Positions 44,975-59,577 are shown, numbered from the stretch's first letter. The stretch: 64,000 nt of DNA from Eledone cirrhosa (GCA_964016885.1 OZ024743.1:305722001-305786000); one strand, 5' to 3'. Made by a program: numbers and translations. The notes: generated by a model not told the origin, from the letters alone.

Positions 44975-46825
44975 AAACACGAAATACCTGATTCACAAAA
45001 GAGATAGGGATGCAGGCAAAACACCTAGATATGATAACAAGTGCAGACTCTGCAGAACTAACATCGAGGATATCACCCATGTCATCAGCAGCTGTCCAAA
45101 TATGTCATCGCAGTACTATCTACCCATGAGGCATGATGTAGTAGCCAAAGCACTGTACAATGCAGTTCGTAAAAAGGATAGCCCCGATAATAAACACATT
45201 AAAAGCTACAGCAATGTGGAAGACATCCATGTACATAATATGAAAGAGTACTGGTGGAATGGTCCAGTAAAAAAACCCATAAAATGCAGGCATAACAGAC
45301 CAGAAATTATGATATGGGACAGGGAGAAGAAAGCATGCACAGTAGTGGAAATTAGCTGCCCAGCAGATGCCAATGGGCAGCTAATTTCCACTACTGTGCA
45401 TGCTTTCTTCTCCCTGTCCCATATCATAATTTCTGGTCTGTTATGCCTGCATTTTATGGGGTTTTTTACTGGACCATTCCACCAGTACTCTTTCATATTA
45501 TGTACATGGATGTCTTCCACATTGCTGTAGCTTTTAATGTGTTTATTATCGTGGCTATCCTTTTTACGAACTGCATTGTACAGTGCTTTGGCTACTACAT
45601 CATGCCTCATGGGTAGATAGTACTGCGATGACATATTTGGACAGCTGCTGATGACATGGGTGATATCCTCGATGTTAGTTCTGCAGAGTCTGCACTTGTT
45701 ATCATATCTAGGTGTTTTGCCTGCATCCCTATCTCTTTTGTGAATCAGGTATTTCGTGTTTATGTATGTATGTATGTATGTATGTATGTATGTATGTATG
45801 TATGTATGTATGTATGTATGTATGTATGTATGTTTGTATGTATGTATGTATGTCTCTATAATTTAACAGCTTTACTCTCTCTGTCGCTCAATATAATATC
45901 AAAGATTAGCGAAAAGGAGAATATTTATGCAGAACTGATGAGAAATATGCAGATACTCCACTCTGATTACACCTTCAGATTTATGCCTGTGATTATTTGG
46001 GCACTGGGGTATGTTAGTAACTGCCTCAATACAAATCTTGAGAAGCTAGGCTTCACAGGAATAGAAAGAACACAACTAGTTAGGAAATTACAAGTACAAT
46101 CCATTAATGGAACAGTAAAAATATGTAAAACATTCCAAAAATGTTGCATCTAATAACTGCATATACACATGTACAGATACAAAGCATATACACATGCACA
46201 CATACAATTCAAAATATACACATCCACACATACAATCACATCCATATCTACACATGCATGCATACATACATATCTACCTAGTTGATGTTGTTTAAATTCC
46301 AATGAGAGAGTCTTGTGTCTGTGATAGAAACTGACTCTCTCTCTATTGGGAAAAATTTTGTGAAATTATAAAACCAGAAGAACATACATAACTCCACCCT
46401 GATTACACCTTCAGATTTATGCCTATGATTATTGGGGCACTGGGGTATGTTAGTAACTGCCTCAATACAAATCTTGAGAAGCTGGGCTTCACAGGAACAG
46501 AAAGAACACAACTAGTTAGGAAATTACAAGTACAATCCATTAATGGAACAGTAAAAATATGTAAAACATTCCAAAAATGTTGCATCTAATAACTGCATAT
46601 ACACATGTACAGATACAAAGCATATACACATGCACACATACAACTCAAAACATCCACATCCACACATACAATAACATCCATATCTACACATGCATGCATG
46701 CAGACATAATCTACCTAGTTGATGTTGTGTAAATTCGAATGAGAGAGTCTTGTGTCTATGTTAGAAACCGACTCTCTCTCTATTGGGAAAAGATTTGTGA
46801 AATTATAAAACCAGAAAAACATACA
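44975..46825 (+). mobile_element. R4/Dong-like non-LTR retrotransposon 3' part (CCHC and restriction-like endonuclease), rearranged
   Basis: CRLCRTNIEDITHVISSC, RHDVVA, HNRPEIMIWD, VVEISCPAD, K...KENIY, IIGALG. Flanked by (CATA)n on both sides. Confidence 0.85.
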
Positions 46826-46826
46826 T
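45955..46826 (+). repeat. Tandem duplication (436-bp period) of the R4-like 3' end
   Basis: actccac[t/c]ctgattacacc occurs at 45955 and 46391. Confidence 0.9.
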
Positions 46827-46898
46827 ACATATATACGACCGTCACCTTTATAAGTATAGATATGTGTGTGTTTATGTATGTGTATGTGTGTTTGTGTA

Positions 46899-46933
<35 letters not shown>

Positions 46934-47489
46934 GTGGGGGGGGGGCGGTTACTTATGAGAGCGACGACAGATGGTTGAAGGGAGATACAGAAACTAAAAC
47001 AGTGTTGTCATATAGAGAGTGAAGAACGACAGAGAGAGTAAAGCAGTTAAATTATAGAGAGGGGGAATGATCTATTATAGTGGGAGGGAAGAGCGACGGA
47101 GAGAGTAAAGCTAAGAAACTATAGGGAGGTGTGTAGGATACATACGTGTTAACCGACTTTACATACGACGCTCATCTCTACGGAAAGTAAAAGAGTGTTG
47201 TCATATAGAGAGTGAAGAGAGACAGAGAGTAAAGAAGTTAAATTATAGACAGGGTTAAAGAGGGAGAGAGAGACTACGCTGACTTTTATAATATTTGAGA
47301 GTGAAGAGCGACAGAGAGAGTAAAGCAATTAAATTATAGAGAGGGTGAATGATCTATTATAGAAAGAGGAAAGAGCGACAGAGAGAGTAAACCTAAGAAA
47401 CTATAGGGAGGGGTATAGGATACATACATACATACATAATACATACATAGGACGCTCAGCTTTATAATATTATATATATATATATATAT

Positions 47490-48230
47490 AATATTAAGGA
47501 TACTATTTATGGTTATGTATATATTAAACTTTTTATAATTATGTATATTTTAAACCTTAAACAATGAAGGTCAGTAATTTATTACTACCTTATTACCAGT
47601 AAAATAAATAGCTCAATGTAATAACATCAGTTGTTCTCGAGAGCAGTTATATAGAATTCACAAGAATCAAAGCTATGTTCATAGCATTTATACACTTACA
47701 ATTGTTTCATCCAAACTTAGGCTTCGTGTCTTCGGAGCATTTTTCAATGTTTGCACATATAATTGACCTCCTTTCCAACGCAAGAGACATACAGATACAT
47801 ATATATATATATTGATGTACAGTGACATATATTACACTATACTATTTTTGTACAGCAATTCAAATTCAAAATCAAAATCAAAATTAAAATACATTCGGCA
47901 GATAACACAGATAATGCAGGAGGATAGTTTGATAATCAGATCTAGTAGGTAGTGTATGCGTTAGTTACACATGGAGCATGCAAGTGTGTCTCATTTTTAT
48001 ACGATTATTGTGTGGTAAGGTGTTACATGTAATGCAAGCACTTTAAGCGGGTAAGCAAGAGTATTATGGTGGTTGTAGTGGTAAGGTATTTTTAGTATAG
48101 ATCAAAAACGTATGTGTGCAGAAAAAGAAAAAGAAAAAGAAAAAGAAGAAGCGAAAGAAAGTTATAGTTTTCGTCTCCACCACCATTTTCACAACAGAAA
48201 AAGTAAGGTATAGTTTTTACATCCATCACA
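47490..48230 (-). mobile_element. CCGA-family HHR element, diverged copy
   Basis: Homologous to 40878-41713. HHR at 47692-47740. Confidence 0.7.
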
Positions 48231-48913
48231 TAAGTAACGATGATTCCGTAGAGAATGTTTGATGCATTAAATTATTGTAGTGTATTGAGGCTCAGTGTTA
48301 TTTAATCCATATTTATAGAATAGGTTCTTTCTGCTGCGAGAATTTACAGTGGTTTATTACCCGGAAGTATGTGTGTAATTAAGGGGAGTTAGTGCGTAAG
48401 GGGAGGTAACTAGCTGATTCTCATAACTAAATTCATTGTTCTAACATACATTATATGGTGCATCAATTGAGTCCCTTATATAAACGGTTATATATTTATA
48501 TCTAGTTTTCAATTTTTAATACAGTCTACTCTATCATAATGTACTAAAGGTATCTATAGTAAGTTGATTACTCATTATTATATAGTGCTACAATTGAATT
48601 TCCCATACAAAGTGCCATATCTTTATATCAAAGTTCACTGTAAATACAGTCTACTCTCAAAACACATCAGAGGACCTATTAGAATTTTGTCTACATAACC
48701 CCTGGTAAGTTATGGAGCAGCGTATGGCTGTTTGCATGACAAAACCAAATACATCCCTAGGGCAGACAAATACATCCCTCATTTACAATGTCATTAATCT
48801 ATCCATCAAGTTATATAATTCTTATATAATTCTTATATAATTCATATATATTTCATTGCAGCACCCTACATATAAGTTAGACAGATCCCTTATGTTAATA
48901 AATTAATCCTATA

Positions 48914-48957
<44 letters not shown>

Positions 48958-49168
48958 GAAAAAAATAATGAATAAAACAATGAAACAGTTCCTTATATTA
49001 AACAAAAAGGTTCATCATTTAACGATCGTTTCTAGGATATATATGTGTTAGAATTGGCATGCATAGAATTGGCATGCATCATCCATATCACAATGGAAAA
49101 ACAATATTTGATTACATTGAGTTCTTCATACGGATTGGACACTACCGTAAACTCTTGGTAGATTTATC

Positions 49169-49219
<51 letters not shown>

Positions 49220-49356
49220 GAAGAGATTGTTTTTATAAAAACAGGAATAACCAGGGGAAAGCTCTCAACAATAGTAGTTTGTAGTTACGATGGAGAATTT
49301 TTACAAAAAATTACAAAATAAGATGCTTAGATTAGATATATCGTTTAATCATTATG

Positions 49357-49540
49357 TGGATTGGCAGTATTGGTAGAGGGTAGGACGCCATGCTTTCCAG
49401 CATAGTTACGTCCCTTTACGGTCTGAGTTCAAATCCCGCCGAGGTTAACTTTGCCTTTCATCCTTACAGGGTCGATAAAATAAAGTACCAGTAATGTACT
49501 GGTTAATTGATGGCCTTGTGTCAAAAGTAGAAACAATTAT
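49357..49540 (+). mobile_element. tRNA-derived SINE, family 1
   Basis: Full copy. Confidence 0.85.
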
Positions 49541-50584
49541 AATTATTTCCACGGTTCTCCATACAATTGGGATGTCCTTCATGCATTTGTTGTTATGAGA
49601 ACGGTATCCTCTGATGATACCGATATGTTTCATATGGCACCGGCAGGAAAAAACACATGTCCTATTGTTTCTATACCCAGGAGACATATGAGTTCCTCAA
49701 GGGTCTCCCAGCCGTCGCATTTGCTAGATAAATGCTATCAACGAAAAAAACGAAAATACTGTGTGTAGCCAAATCCAGTAGACAGTGGAAGCAATAAATG
49801 GAGCTCTGGGGAGGGTGGGGTATATATTTTGTTGACAGTTATCTTAAGACAACAACTACAACAACAAAAGCAACAACAACAATAACGACGACGACGACAA
49901 CAACAAAGACAATAACAGCAAAATACCGACCAAAAGTCGTCCATACTGACCGCATCAGCCGTAGTGATATTACTACCGTTCTGACAACAACAACGATAAC
50001 AACAGCTACAGTAAACAGTTACAACAACACAGACCAGCGTCGTGTACATAGGCCGTAGCAGTCGTAGTGACGGTATCACCCCACCGACAATAACAACGAT
50101 AACAACTCCTATAGCAATAAACGTGGCTCTGAGGTAGGTTGATACACAGATTTGATGGAATCTATCACCAAGACCATAGCAACAACAACAATAGTAACGG
50201 TAACACACATTAACACCGGTCGTCGTAGTAGTGGTGGTATCGTTGATATTAGTATCAATTTAATGGCAGTGAGTACCCATTACCCGAGAGCCAGACAGCA
50301 GTAACACCAACAACAATAATAATAACACCAGTGATGAGCTCACCACGGTGACAGCGGCAACAAAAAAAGGCCTCACTTCCATACTAAGGCATAAGGCCAG
50401 TAGTAAATTCATTGCAGAAAAAAAAACCCACAATAGCAGTTAGTTGAAACTAGGAAGCGAAAATAGGGACAGAAATACAGATAGAGATATTCATTCACAG
50501 TTAATATAGTCCTCTCTATCACTCTAAGGCACAAGGCTAGCAATACATTACATCTTATTTTGTTATATATATATTTATATATAT

Positions 50585-52930
50585 ATAGTTAAAGAAAGAA
50601 GAGTAACATGGTTGGCTGTACAATAAGGGCTTTATTTAAAGTACTGACAATTGTTTCGTTGATCAGGTGCGTCTAGAGTTCGCGAATCGCTTGAGGTTGC
50701 GTCAATCGATCTCCAATACATTGTTTACCACTGGTCAACACATCAGAGTATGTATATAGGAAAATAATTCACTCGAGGCAAGATTTATATAGAAAAACAA
50801 CATAAAACCAAAACAATAACATCAATAATAAAACTAGGCCTAGGTATCACTTTCGAACTTGACTCTAAAAAAGAAAATTTATTAGATGTAACTCTCAACC
50901 TAAACACAGGATTAATAGAGCCCTTCCATAAGAATAACGAAAATCTAGCCTACATTAGTTACAACTCAAACCACCCCCGATCCATAATTAACTCCATAGC
51001 ACATAGTATATCCCTCAGAATATCCCGCCTATCTTCGACCCTAGAAATTTTTAACGAACACTCAAACTATTATAACATAGCTTTACATAAGGCTGGCCAT
51101 AAGGAGAAGCTGCAATACATACTAGATAAAGACAACAACAACAAACCTAACGACCAGAACACTACCCGCTCATACAGAAATAACAAGCATAGGACTAAAC
51201 ATAGAATTAGACAACGAGCACCAAAAATAACCCAACAGAACACTAATATTAGAACCCCCCAAAACTATAGAAGATCCAGAGAAAGAAAGTACCTATGGTT
51301 ATATCCAATATTCAACTATCTAAAAAAAACTACCTTCTACATTCTTTAAACTAATAGATAAGCACTTCCCTACACTACACAAATATCATAAAATCTTCAA
51401 TAGAAAAATTATAAAACTTTCATACTCTACTGTAGCCAACATAGAATCATACGTAAGATCAACCACAACCACAAACGCATCAGAACGCATCACAACAAAA
51501 CATTAATAGGCCTAAATCACAACCCACCCACAACAACTTACAATACCGCAACGACGAACCTGCACAAAATAAAACCTCAAATTGTAATTGCCACCTACCA
51601 GATAAGTGCCCACTACGAAATAGATGCCTGGATTCGAGTATGGTATACCTGTGTACTGTGAATTCAGGCAACTCTACCTGGCACTACATATGTTCCACAG
51701 CTGGGGAGTTTAAGAAAAGGTGGTACGTCTACATACACTCCATGAAGAACCGTGCACTGGAGAACTCTACAATACTCGCCAATAAAATCTGGCAGCTTAA
51801 GGACAAAAACCTAGAATATAAGATTAGCTGGTCGAAATTATCGGTAGCAAAAGCCTACAGCAACGGTATGTCCCACTGCAGGCTTTGTAATTTACAACTA
51901 CTACATATTTTAAGGTACGATAGGGTGCTTCTTAACAGCAAAATAGAAAGATCTATTTTCTGTAGGCATAAAATAGCTACTAGGTTTACGAACTTCAAAC
52001 CACCATGATTGAACCAGCAATCCCAAAATTAGAACCGAACCACCTAGATTTTAACATATAGAATACACAACATCTCACCACTATTAGCTATCAAACTGCC
52101 AACCGGTCACTGGATCATAAATCTCTGTACACTTCTTCCATCCTCTCTCCATCAACCCCATTAAGATAGAACAATCAGCAAAACATTTACAACAAGCGTT
52201 TATCAAACGTCTCGTCATCCCTAGCCCATAAATATAATACATGTATACATCAATTAATCTCTAATTTATTGTCTTTTCTTTTATCGGACTCTCTACACAT
52301 ATTTATCTACTTCTCAAATCTAGTTTCTCATGTTAGCACCAACGAATACTTATAAGAACACTGACTCAAAAACTACTAACATCTACTTGCACTCTCTCAC
52401 TCATTTATTTCTTTATATTTTCCATTTCCTCATTTTCTTATAATTTTTTAATGTACCCTATCTTATATTTTACTTTATACTTTTTATATCTGTAACTTCT
52501 CTATCTATTTACCATACATGTATTATTATTGATGTTATTGTTTTGGTTTTACGCTGTTTTTCTATATAAATCTTGCCTTGAGTGAATTGTTTTCCTATAT
52601 ACATACTCTGATGTGTTGACCAGTGGTAAACAATGTATTGGAGATCGATTGACGCAACCTCAAGCGATTAGCAAACTCTAGACGCACCTGATCAATGAAA
52701 CAATTATCAGTACTTTAAATAAAGCCCTTATTGTACAGCCAACCATGTTATTTTTCTTTCTTTAACTATTATTACTCCAAGTATAACCTGCATAGAAATT
52801 ACCGCGATCTCGCTGCATAACTATGGAAACATCTTGTTGAGACAAACAAAGCCGTACGTTAAAACTATCCACGACGTGGAGTACTCATAACCTCTAACTG
52901 GATTACCTATAACGATAACTTGTTATCCCA
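50585..52930 (+). mobile_element. 5'-truncated Naiad-like PLE with inverted pseudo-LTR
   Basis: LLDVTLNLNTG...SNHP...RISRLSS and CNCHLPDKCPLRNRCL...VYLC...CRLC...CRH at 50.85-52.0 kb. 50585-50830 is inverted at 52522-52770. Confidence 0.85.
52604..52712 (+). ncRNA. Hammerhead with long stem II insertion (CTGATGT core); inverted copy at 50642-50750
   Basis: tact-CTGATGT-gttga...tcaa(c/t)-GAAAC-aatt-(G/A)TC-agta. A9 is replaced by U. Confidence 0.5.
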
Positions 52931-52974
52931 TATATATATATATATATCTCTATATATATATATATATATATAGT

Positions 52975-53315
52975 AATAATAATTTTCCGTTCATTGCCAG
53001 GGAACGTCTCCACGAACCACCTAATAGAATATCAGTCAACGACTTCATTTATACCATAAACGTGGTTTTGTCTTTGCGTGTAATTGTTTTCACCGCTCCA
53101 AATAATGACGTATTATCTTCGTTTTTTTCCGTTCTTTGCCAGGGAACGTTTCCATGAACCAAAGTATCGTCTTCCTGTCTTCCTTCGGTTGCAACGTTTT
53201 TCGAAACATTTACTTCTGCGTTCACAGATTGTTTTTTTTTTTGTTTCAAAAGATCCTGTTAAGGGTGAAAGCAGCGATTCTTTGCTTAAACTTTAATCTG
53301 TTATTTTAATAAATA
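52975..53315 (+). mobile_element. Solo 3' fragment of the 17.9-20 kb PLE family
   Basis: Reverse complement match to about 17875-18215. Confidence 0.8.
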
Positions 53316-53566
53316 TATATATATATATATATATAATGATACTATTTATAGTTATGTATATACTATAAACAACTATAAACAGGAAAGGTCATTAATTTAC
53401 CAGTAAGAGGAAATAGCTCAATGTAAGAACATCATATGATTGTTCAGTTGAATAGGAGGTTAATTATATGTACAAGCATTGCTAATACTCCGATGACCTC
53501 AAACGACAGTTTGGAAGAAACGATTGTCAGCAATAAAATGATTTGAACATAACTTTGATAATTGTG

Positions 53567-53610
<44 letters not shown>

Positions 53611-54649
53611 CCCTTTCTTTATTCCATGCTAATTCTAACTCCAATAGTTGATTGGTTACAAACGAAACAAACTTATTTGTAGCAGCAAAACTCTAAATAT
53701 ACTTATTAGACATGAATAGAAGTAAGCCCCAAGTTGATTACATCATGCTATATAGAAAGTAGACATGACTCTGTACATGACTGCCAGGGATACGAGACAT
53801 TTAGCAGTATTGGCTAAGATCACCGAATTGTAAAAATAAAATTAATTTGGGCAATTAGCAAAGCCGTATCACACAGAATAAATTACTGGTGATTGGCCCT
53901 TAAAAAATTAGGATATGCAAGCACTATATACTGTGATGTGAAAAACAGATTTGAAAGCTTATACACAGACAATGATGCAGTTACCGAGACCTAAGCAAAC
54001 TTGATAAAGGCCAATTAGAAAACAGCAACACAACTTCTCTAAAAAAAAGAAGAGGAGTAGAAGAAAAGATGTGTCGACCTGTGAATTGCGAATGTAAGAG
54101 AAAAAGTTGAGAATTCTACCAGGAACTACATTCAGAAACCAACAGAACGGAACAGTCAAATTGCAAAAAAGCAAGATACAGAAAATACTACACTGTTAAA
54201 TGTAACGAGTTCACCTCCCCATTAGTTTGTGGTTATTTTTATATCTATAAATTACAACCCAACATATTTGTAGTTTTCCCGGACTCAGTACTGCAGACTA
54301 TCAATATGTATATAATAGTGTTTCTTTATATATTCAAAACATCAGACAGATAGCTCGTCGGTGTTTGATTGAAATAAATCACGAGAACGAGGAACATTTA
54401 AAATGCTACCTGTTACATGAAAATCCGAATGAGGTCTCCACGCAAAGGTTCCCTTTGAATTCTCCTATTTAAACTTGTATATTTTCTTTTATTGACAGGT
54501 TGATTAACCCCAATCTCCGCCTTTACTTTGGGCGCCTTTTCTGTCTCAGTGGTGACGTTTCGTGACTGCCTATATCACAAACTCCTTTGCTTGGATGAGA
54601 TATTTTACCTCCAGATGGAACCATAGAGTCTTCCTGTCATTTGGTGCTA

Positions 54650-55165
54650 CATCAAGCCACTTTCACCTGCAGCATTTAACAGCTTAGGCAGAAACTCCCG
54701 AGCTGAAATCTCCACTCCCTTTCAACGTCCTCAGTTTGCTCAGGAATCAACGTTCCTTCCAATCCCACCTTTCAATGTCAGGTGATCGGTGCCAACATAC
54801 ACATTGATGTCTCCCACAAGGATATATGACTCACTAGGATATATAACTGCAGTGACTTCATCAAGGAAGGATGTGTATTCTGACTGTTTGGTGATTAAAC
54901 TCGCACCATCCGCAGAGAAATTTGTTTATGTCTAAACTTCAATTGAATCCAGTTCATAACACATTCCGACAGTCGGTGACTTGTGAGTTTCCCGACTCTC
55001 AGATGTGCAGTCATTTCTGGCACCACACCTGAATTCGCAGTATTAAAGCGACGAAACTTTGTTGAGGAATCCCCGACTATATCTAGCTTGTATCTTCTGT
55101 TCTCCTCCACTAGTTTCTGCTCTTTACTCGTAAGCCTTGTAACGTTCATGTTTCCAATCGTTAAG
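54650..55165 (-). pseudogene. RTE-type LINE endonuclease remnant
   Basis: NVTRLTSKEQKLVEE...RYKLDIVG.SSTK. Confidence 0.65.
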
Positions 55166-55319
55166 GTTTTCGCTCTTCTGGACTCTCCTTGAGGTAACGG
55201 GAATACTTAACCGTTATGCGTCCATCCCACGCCTCCATCCCATGCTATCGTAGGCCCATCGCCAGCTCTCACAGCGTTGGATGGAAGGCAGGGGGCTCTA
55301 ATTAAGTTACAGGTTTGTA

Positions 55320-55750
55320 GAAGCTGGAGCATTAATGCGCCAACTTCAGCATTCGGTCATCAGAAGAAATGGGGGTAGATATAAAAATCAAACTCGCTGT
55401 ATTCAAGACGGTATTCATGACAACTCTTACCTATAGTTATGAATCCTGGATAATGACCGAAAGAATACGATCGCGAATACAAGCGGCCAAAATTGAGTTC
55501 CTCCGAAGGGTCTTTGGAGTAACGTTACAGAATAGAGTGTATAGCTTGAAGATCAGGGAGTCACTCTCGGTAGAGCCGCTACTTCTAATTGAGAGATCAA
55601 AGCTCCGATGTTACTATCATGTGGTTAGAATGGCTCAGGAAAGAATCGCGGAACAGATTTTACAAGCAAAACCAACCAGCATGGGACACATATGTAGACG
55701 CGAGTAAGCTGTTTGGATAACATCTGTGAGCACGGCTAGTCTCACTTGGG
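55320..55750 (+). pseudogene. RTE-type LINE C-terminal remnant
   Basis: KLAVFKTVF.TTLTY.YESW.MTERIRSRIQAA..EFLRR...IRESLSVEPLL.IERSKLR...HVVRM. Confidence 0.75.
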
Positions 55751-56386
55751 AAACCCGCTAGAGATCAGTTGGAGACGGATACGTCTGACCGGACCCATGG
55801 GAAGGCGTATTTGTGGTCTCTGACCCCCCACTGCCGAATATATATTTACTACTCACAATTTAAAGGTTGGTCCACCTCGGGCAGAATGGAAATTTAGGAT
55901 TTTCTTGTATTTTTGTGACAAATTTTACATTTTTACGCTGTTTACACCGCGTCAAGCATATTGTACGCCAGCCATTACACGAGGTCTCAATTAGGAGCGA
56001 GGCACGTCAAATGATAAATTCGACAGAAATGACATGAGCTCTTAATTTCAGTGAAAACAAGCATGCATACATGGCTGGCTGGCTGTCTGTCTATCGAGGA
56101 GGGAGAACGTTATGGGGAGAATGTTTACTAGAAATTTTGGTGAGTGGGTTTGATAAATCTTAGCTTTCCAAAGTCGACTCCTGATAGAAAGAAAGAAAAT
56201 AGGATGTTGGTGGTAAATCCCCTGACAATTTTCTTTAGTTTGACTTCATGGTGTGAATAAATGTAAGATTTAGGACAATGTATTATTTTTCTAACATGTC
56301 AGATGTTGTCTTCTTTACTCATTTATATGCAACAATGAACACATAAAAGTTAGGTTCTATGGAAATAATCATATTACAGCAAAGTA

Positions 56387-57041
56387 TACAGGGTGACTAA
56401 AGAAACACAGGAGTGGTTCAGTGCATGTTTTGTGTCATCCTTTATTCATTTACTAGCCAATCAACATTAAACATTAGGAGATGGCGGATACAAGGTCTAG
56501 GAGGACAAGATTGCAATGGGAGCTTCAGCATAAAATGTTCTGTATGAATCGTACAAGCAGGCAATTTCATGAATTTTTTTTTTGGGGGGGGGGGGGGATA
56601 AATCTCGCTTCAAAACAAATATTTAAAACTGGGTGAAGAGGTTTGAGGCCTATGGGACAGTGTATAACCCCAGTACAGTGTCCGAGGACCGTTTTACCCA
56701 CTCTGGACGACTCAGATATCGTACACGGGAAGTTATTGGCATGGTCCTAGAGTCTAATGAACAATGCCCAAAAGGATCGCTGCACAGGAAAAGCCAATAT
56801 TTGAGTCTCTCCACAGAAACTTGGCGGAGGGTTATCAAAGAGGATCTTAAGAAGTACCCCTATGTAATACAGACAAAAAAAAATGGGAATCACTTGGAAC
56901 TTCTGAACAGAAACATCAAAAGATAGTGACGTCTTGATATGTCGTTTTTAATCGTTTGAACTAAATATATTCTGAGTCAAAAAATGAATAATGTAAATAA
57001 AAATAAAAATGGGGCCAGTTTTCTTTTTGTTATCCTCTATA
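56387..57041 (+). mobile_element. Tc1/mariner-superfamily DNA transposon remnant, internally deleted
   Basis: TA-cagggtga start, HTH-region peptide KRFEAYGTV...SGRLR..T.E...P..S....S..LSLS....RRVIKEDLKKYPY, degenerate right TIR. Confidence 0.65.
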
Positions 57042-57167
57042 AAAAAAGATTTCACAGACTAAAAGTGATTTACAGGAATTATTAAAACTGTATCTATCTT
57101 AGGATGCATGTCTTTGTCATTTGTAAAAAGAAGTGCTTTTAGAATCTGTGACTATATACATGCTCTA

Positions 57168-57333
57168 TAGATTCAGTACTAATCTCAGGTTTATTGAGAT
57201 CAAATTGAATAGGTTCAATACTAATCTTAGGTTTATTGGGATCAAATTGAATAGGTTCAATATTAATCTCTGGTTTATTGGGATCAAATTGAAACTGTTC
57301 AATACTAATCTTAGTCTTATTGGGATAAAATTA
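57168..57333 (+). repeat. 42-bp minisatellite, about 4 copies
   Basis: Unit ttcaatactaatcttaggtttattgggatcaaattgaatagg, giving 14-aa periodicity. Confidence 0.9.
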
Positions 57334-57819
57334 TATGCATTATCATGCATTGTTAGTTTGCAGAAAACTATGGAGTCCTGAGTGTATTTCTTATTTCCTC
57401 CATGGGTTTTTGACGTTGATTATCATTCTTGTTCTTGTTCATTCAATAAATAGTCGCCTTATTATCGAGGGAACCTCTATGTGGTCACATGATATTTGAA
57501 GCGAAATCCTCCCCAAATCGTATTCAATTGTCTTAAATCATAATGAACAAACTGGTCTTGTTTAATTTACACAAGGGAATTCAATATCAGTGACCTCGAT
57601 ATCAGAATAATTCTGAACGTCTGTTTCACGACAACTCTCAGTTGTTAAACAATGAAGGGGATCCACTGTTTGATATATCAATGGGGAGCTACTACAGGGC
57701 TAAAGGTACCTACCCCAACGGCTTGTTTAATTTGGATCCCCTTCAGAAACGTACAGTCCCACACATTTAAGCTATGTGCAAAGACTACGATCTGTAATGC
57801 CAAGCAATAAGAACGGCCA

Positions 57820-58604
57820 GTTGCGAAACTTATTTGGGTTTTGAAATTTAAATTTGTCTACGGAACAGGTTTGGATTTTGAAATTTAAATTTGTCCAGGT
57901 ATCACGGTTATTGCCAATATGGGTTTGTTTTTATTGATTTATTATTTTAAATCGAGACAGGCAAACTATATTTATTTTAATTAGTATTTTTCAATCTAGC
58001 TAACTTGGTCATTTACAATACAAACACTTATGTGTTTATCATATATTAATTTATATTAACTTGTATTTCACGGCTCAGAATGCTTCTTTCTTTGAGCTAA
58101 TTAATTGTAAAGGACTTTTTGAGTTTATAACTCTAAATATAATATAGTATTACGGCTCCTTTTGTTGAGCTAAATTTTAATCCCATATAAAAGGCTGTTA
58201 TTTCTAGCACCATGAGTATGGGGATAGCTAGGAGCTGGAAAACCCCGTGCGTTAGCGCGTGTAAACCAGACCTCCAAAAATATTTCGAGGTGAAACATGC
58301 TTATTTTCTGGATACCTGTTGATGACCACAGAAATTGAAATCTTTCACTTTTTTATACTATCGTTGCGAAACTTATTTGGGTTTTGAAATTTTAATTTGT
58401 CTACGGAACAGGTTTGGATTTTGAAATTTAAATTTGTCCAGGTATCACGGTTATTGCCAATATGGGTTTGTTTTTATTGATTTGTTATTTTAAATCGAGA
58501 CAGGCAAACTATATTTATTTTAATTAGTATTTTTCAATCTAGATAACTTGGTCATTTACAATACAAACACTTATGTGTTTATCATATATTAATTTATATT
58601 AACT

Positions 58605-58657
<53 letters not shown>

Positions 58658-59110
58658 TATATTATATTTTGAGAATAAACTCTCAGTCGTTTAGAGAATA
58701 AACTCGTTTAGAGAATAAACTCTCAGTAGTTTGGCCTGGCTACACACGTGTAGTCAGACCTGCACATTTTTTGATGTGAGATGTACTAATTTTACTGGAT
58801 TCCTGTTGATAAGCACAGAAGATTTGGATATTTCACTTTTTATTTCAATTCCATTTCGATTCTCTTTATTTTTCAATTCACATACCACCGTTGCGAAACG
58901 GATTTAGGTTTCGAGGTTCAAATTCGTCTACCGAACAGGTTTGGATTTTGAAATTTAAATCTGTCCAGGAATCATGGCCGTTGCCAATATAAGCTTGTCT
59001 TTATTGACTTATATCGAGACAGACAAATTGTATTCACTTTAATTAGTTTATTTCATTAATGGCTAACTTTATCTGTTACAATGCAAACACGTTTCGTGTT
59101 TATCATATAT
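57820..59110 (+). repeat. Three copies of a block of about 245 bp (57820, 58362, 58890)
   Basis: gttgcgaaac...ggaacaggtttggattttgaaatttaaat. The first two copies are near-identical and the third is diverged. Confidence 0.85.
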
Positions 59111-59324
59111 TTTAATGTATTTTAATGTATATATATATATATATATATACTAGTATGATAATACGTTATCTCTACCTTATGAGAGGAATACTAAGTTGAA
59201 GAACGGTCTTGCTAGTCTTAACTAGCAATATCTCATTTAATATAAGGTAAAGATCCCCATTGCACCTAGAATGTTCCCCACCGTGGCACAACTCTGACAA
59301 GGTGTTTTTTTATATGGAAGACCA

Positions 59325-59450
59325 GCACATGACTTAACAGTTAGGGCATTCAGCTCCAATGCACAAAGTCATGAGCTCGATTGCCGGTTTCGCGTTGTGT
59401 CCTTGAGCAAGACATTTCATTTCATGTTACACCAGTTCACTCAGCTGTAA
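59325..59450 (+). mobile_element. SINE family 2, degenerate
   Basis: gttgtgtccttgagcaagacatttcatttca...ccagttcactcagctg. Confidence 0.6.
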
Positions 59451-59530
59451 AATTGTGTTGTACCTGTACGTGAAAGGGTCATGTGCCTAAGGAATGTTAT
59501 TCTGCAGTTTCGCTTGTGTGATTATTGGTC

Positions 59531-59577
<47 letters not shown>

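Noticed and set aside
49738-50350. Thr-rich or Cys-rich ORFs (mucin-like)
   Set aside because: Degenerate (ACA/ACG)n trinucleotide repeats.
53700-54170. Very decayed LINE endonuclease remnant (QVDYI, DHRIVK)
   Set aside because: Only two short motifs, too degraded to call with confidence.
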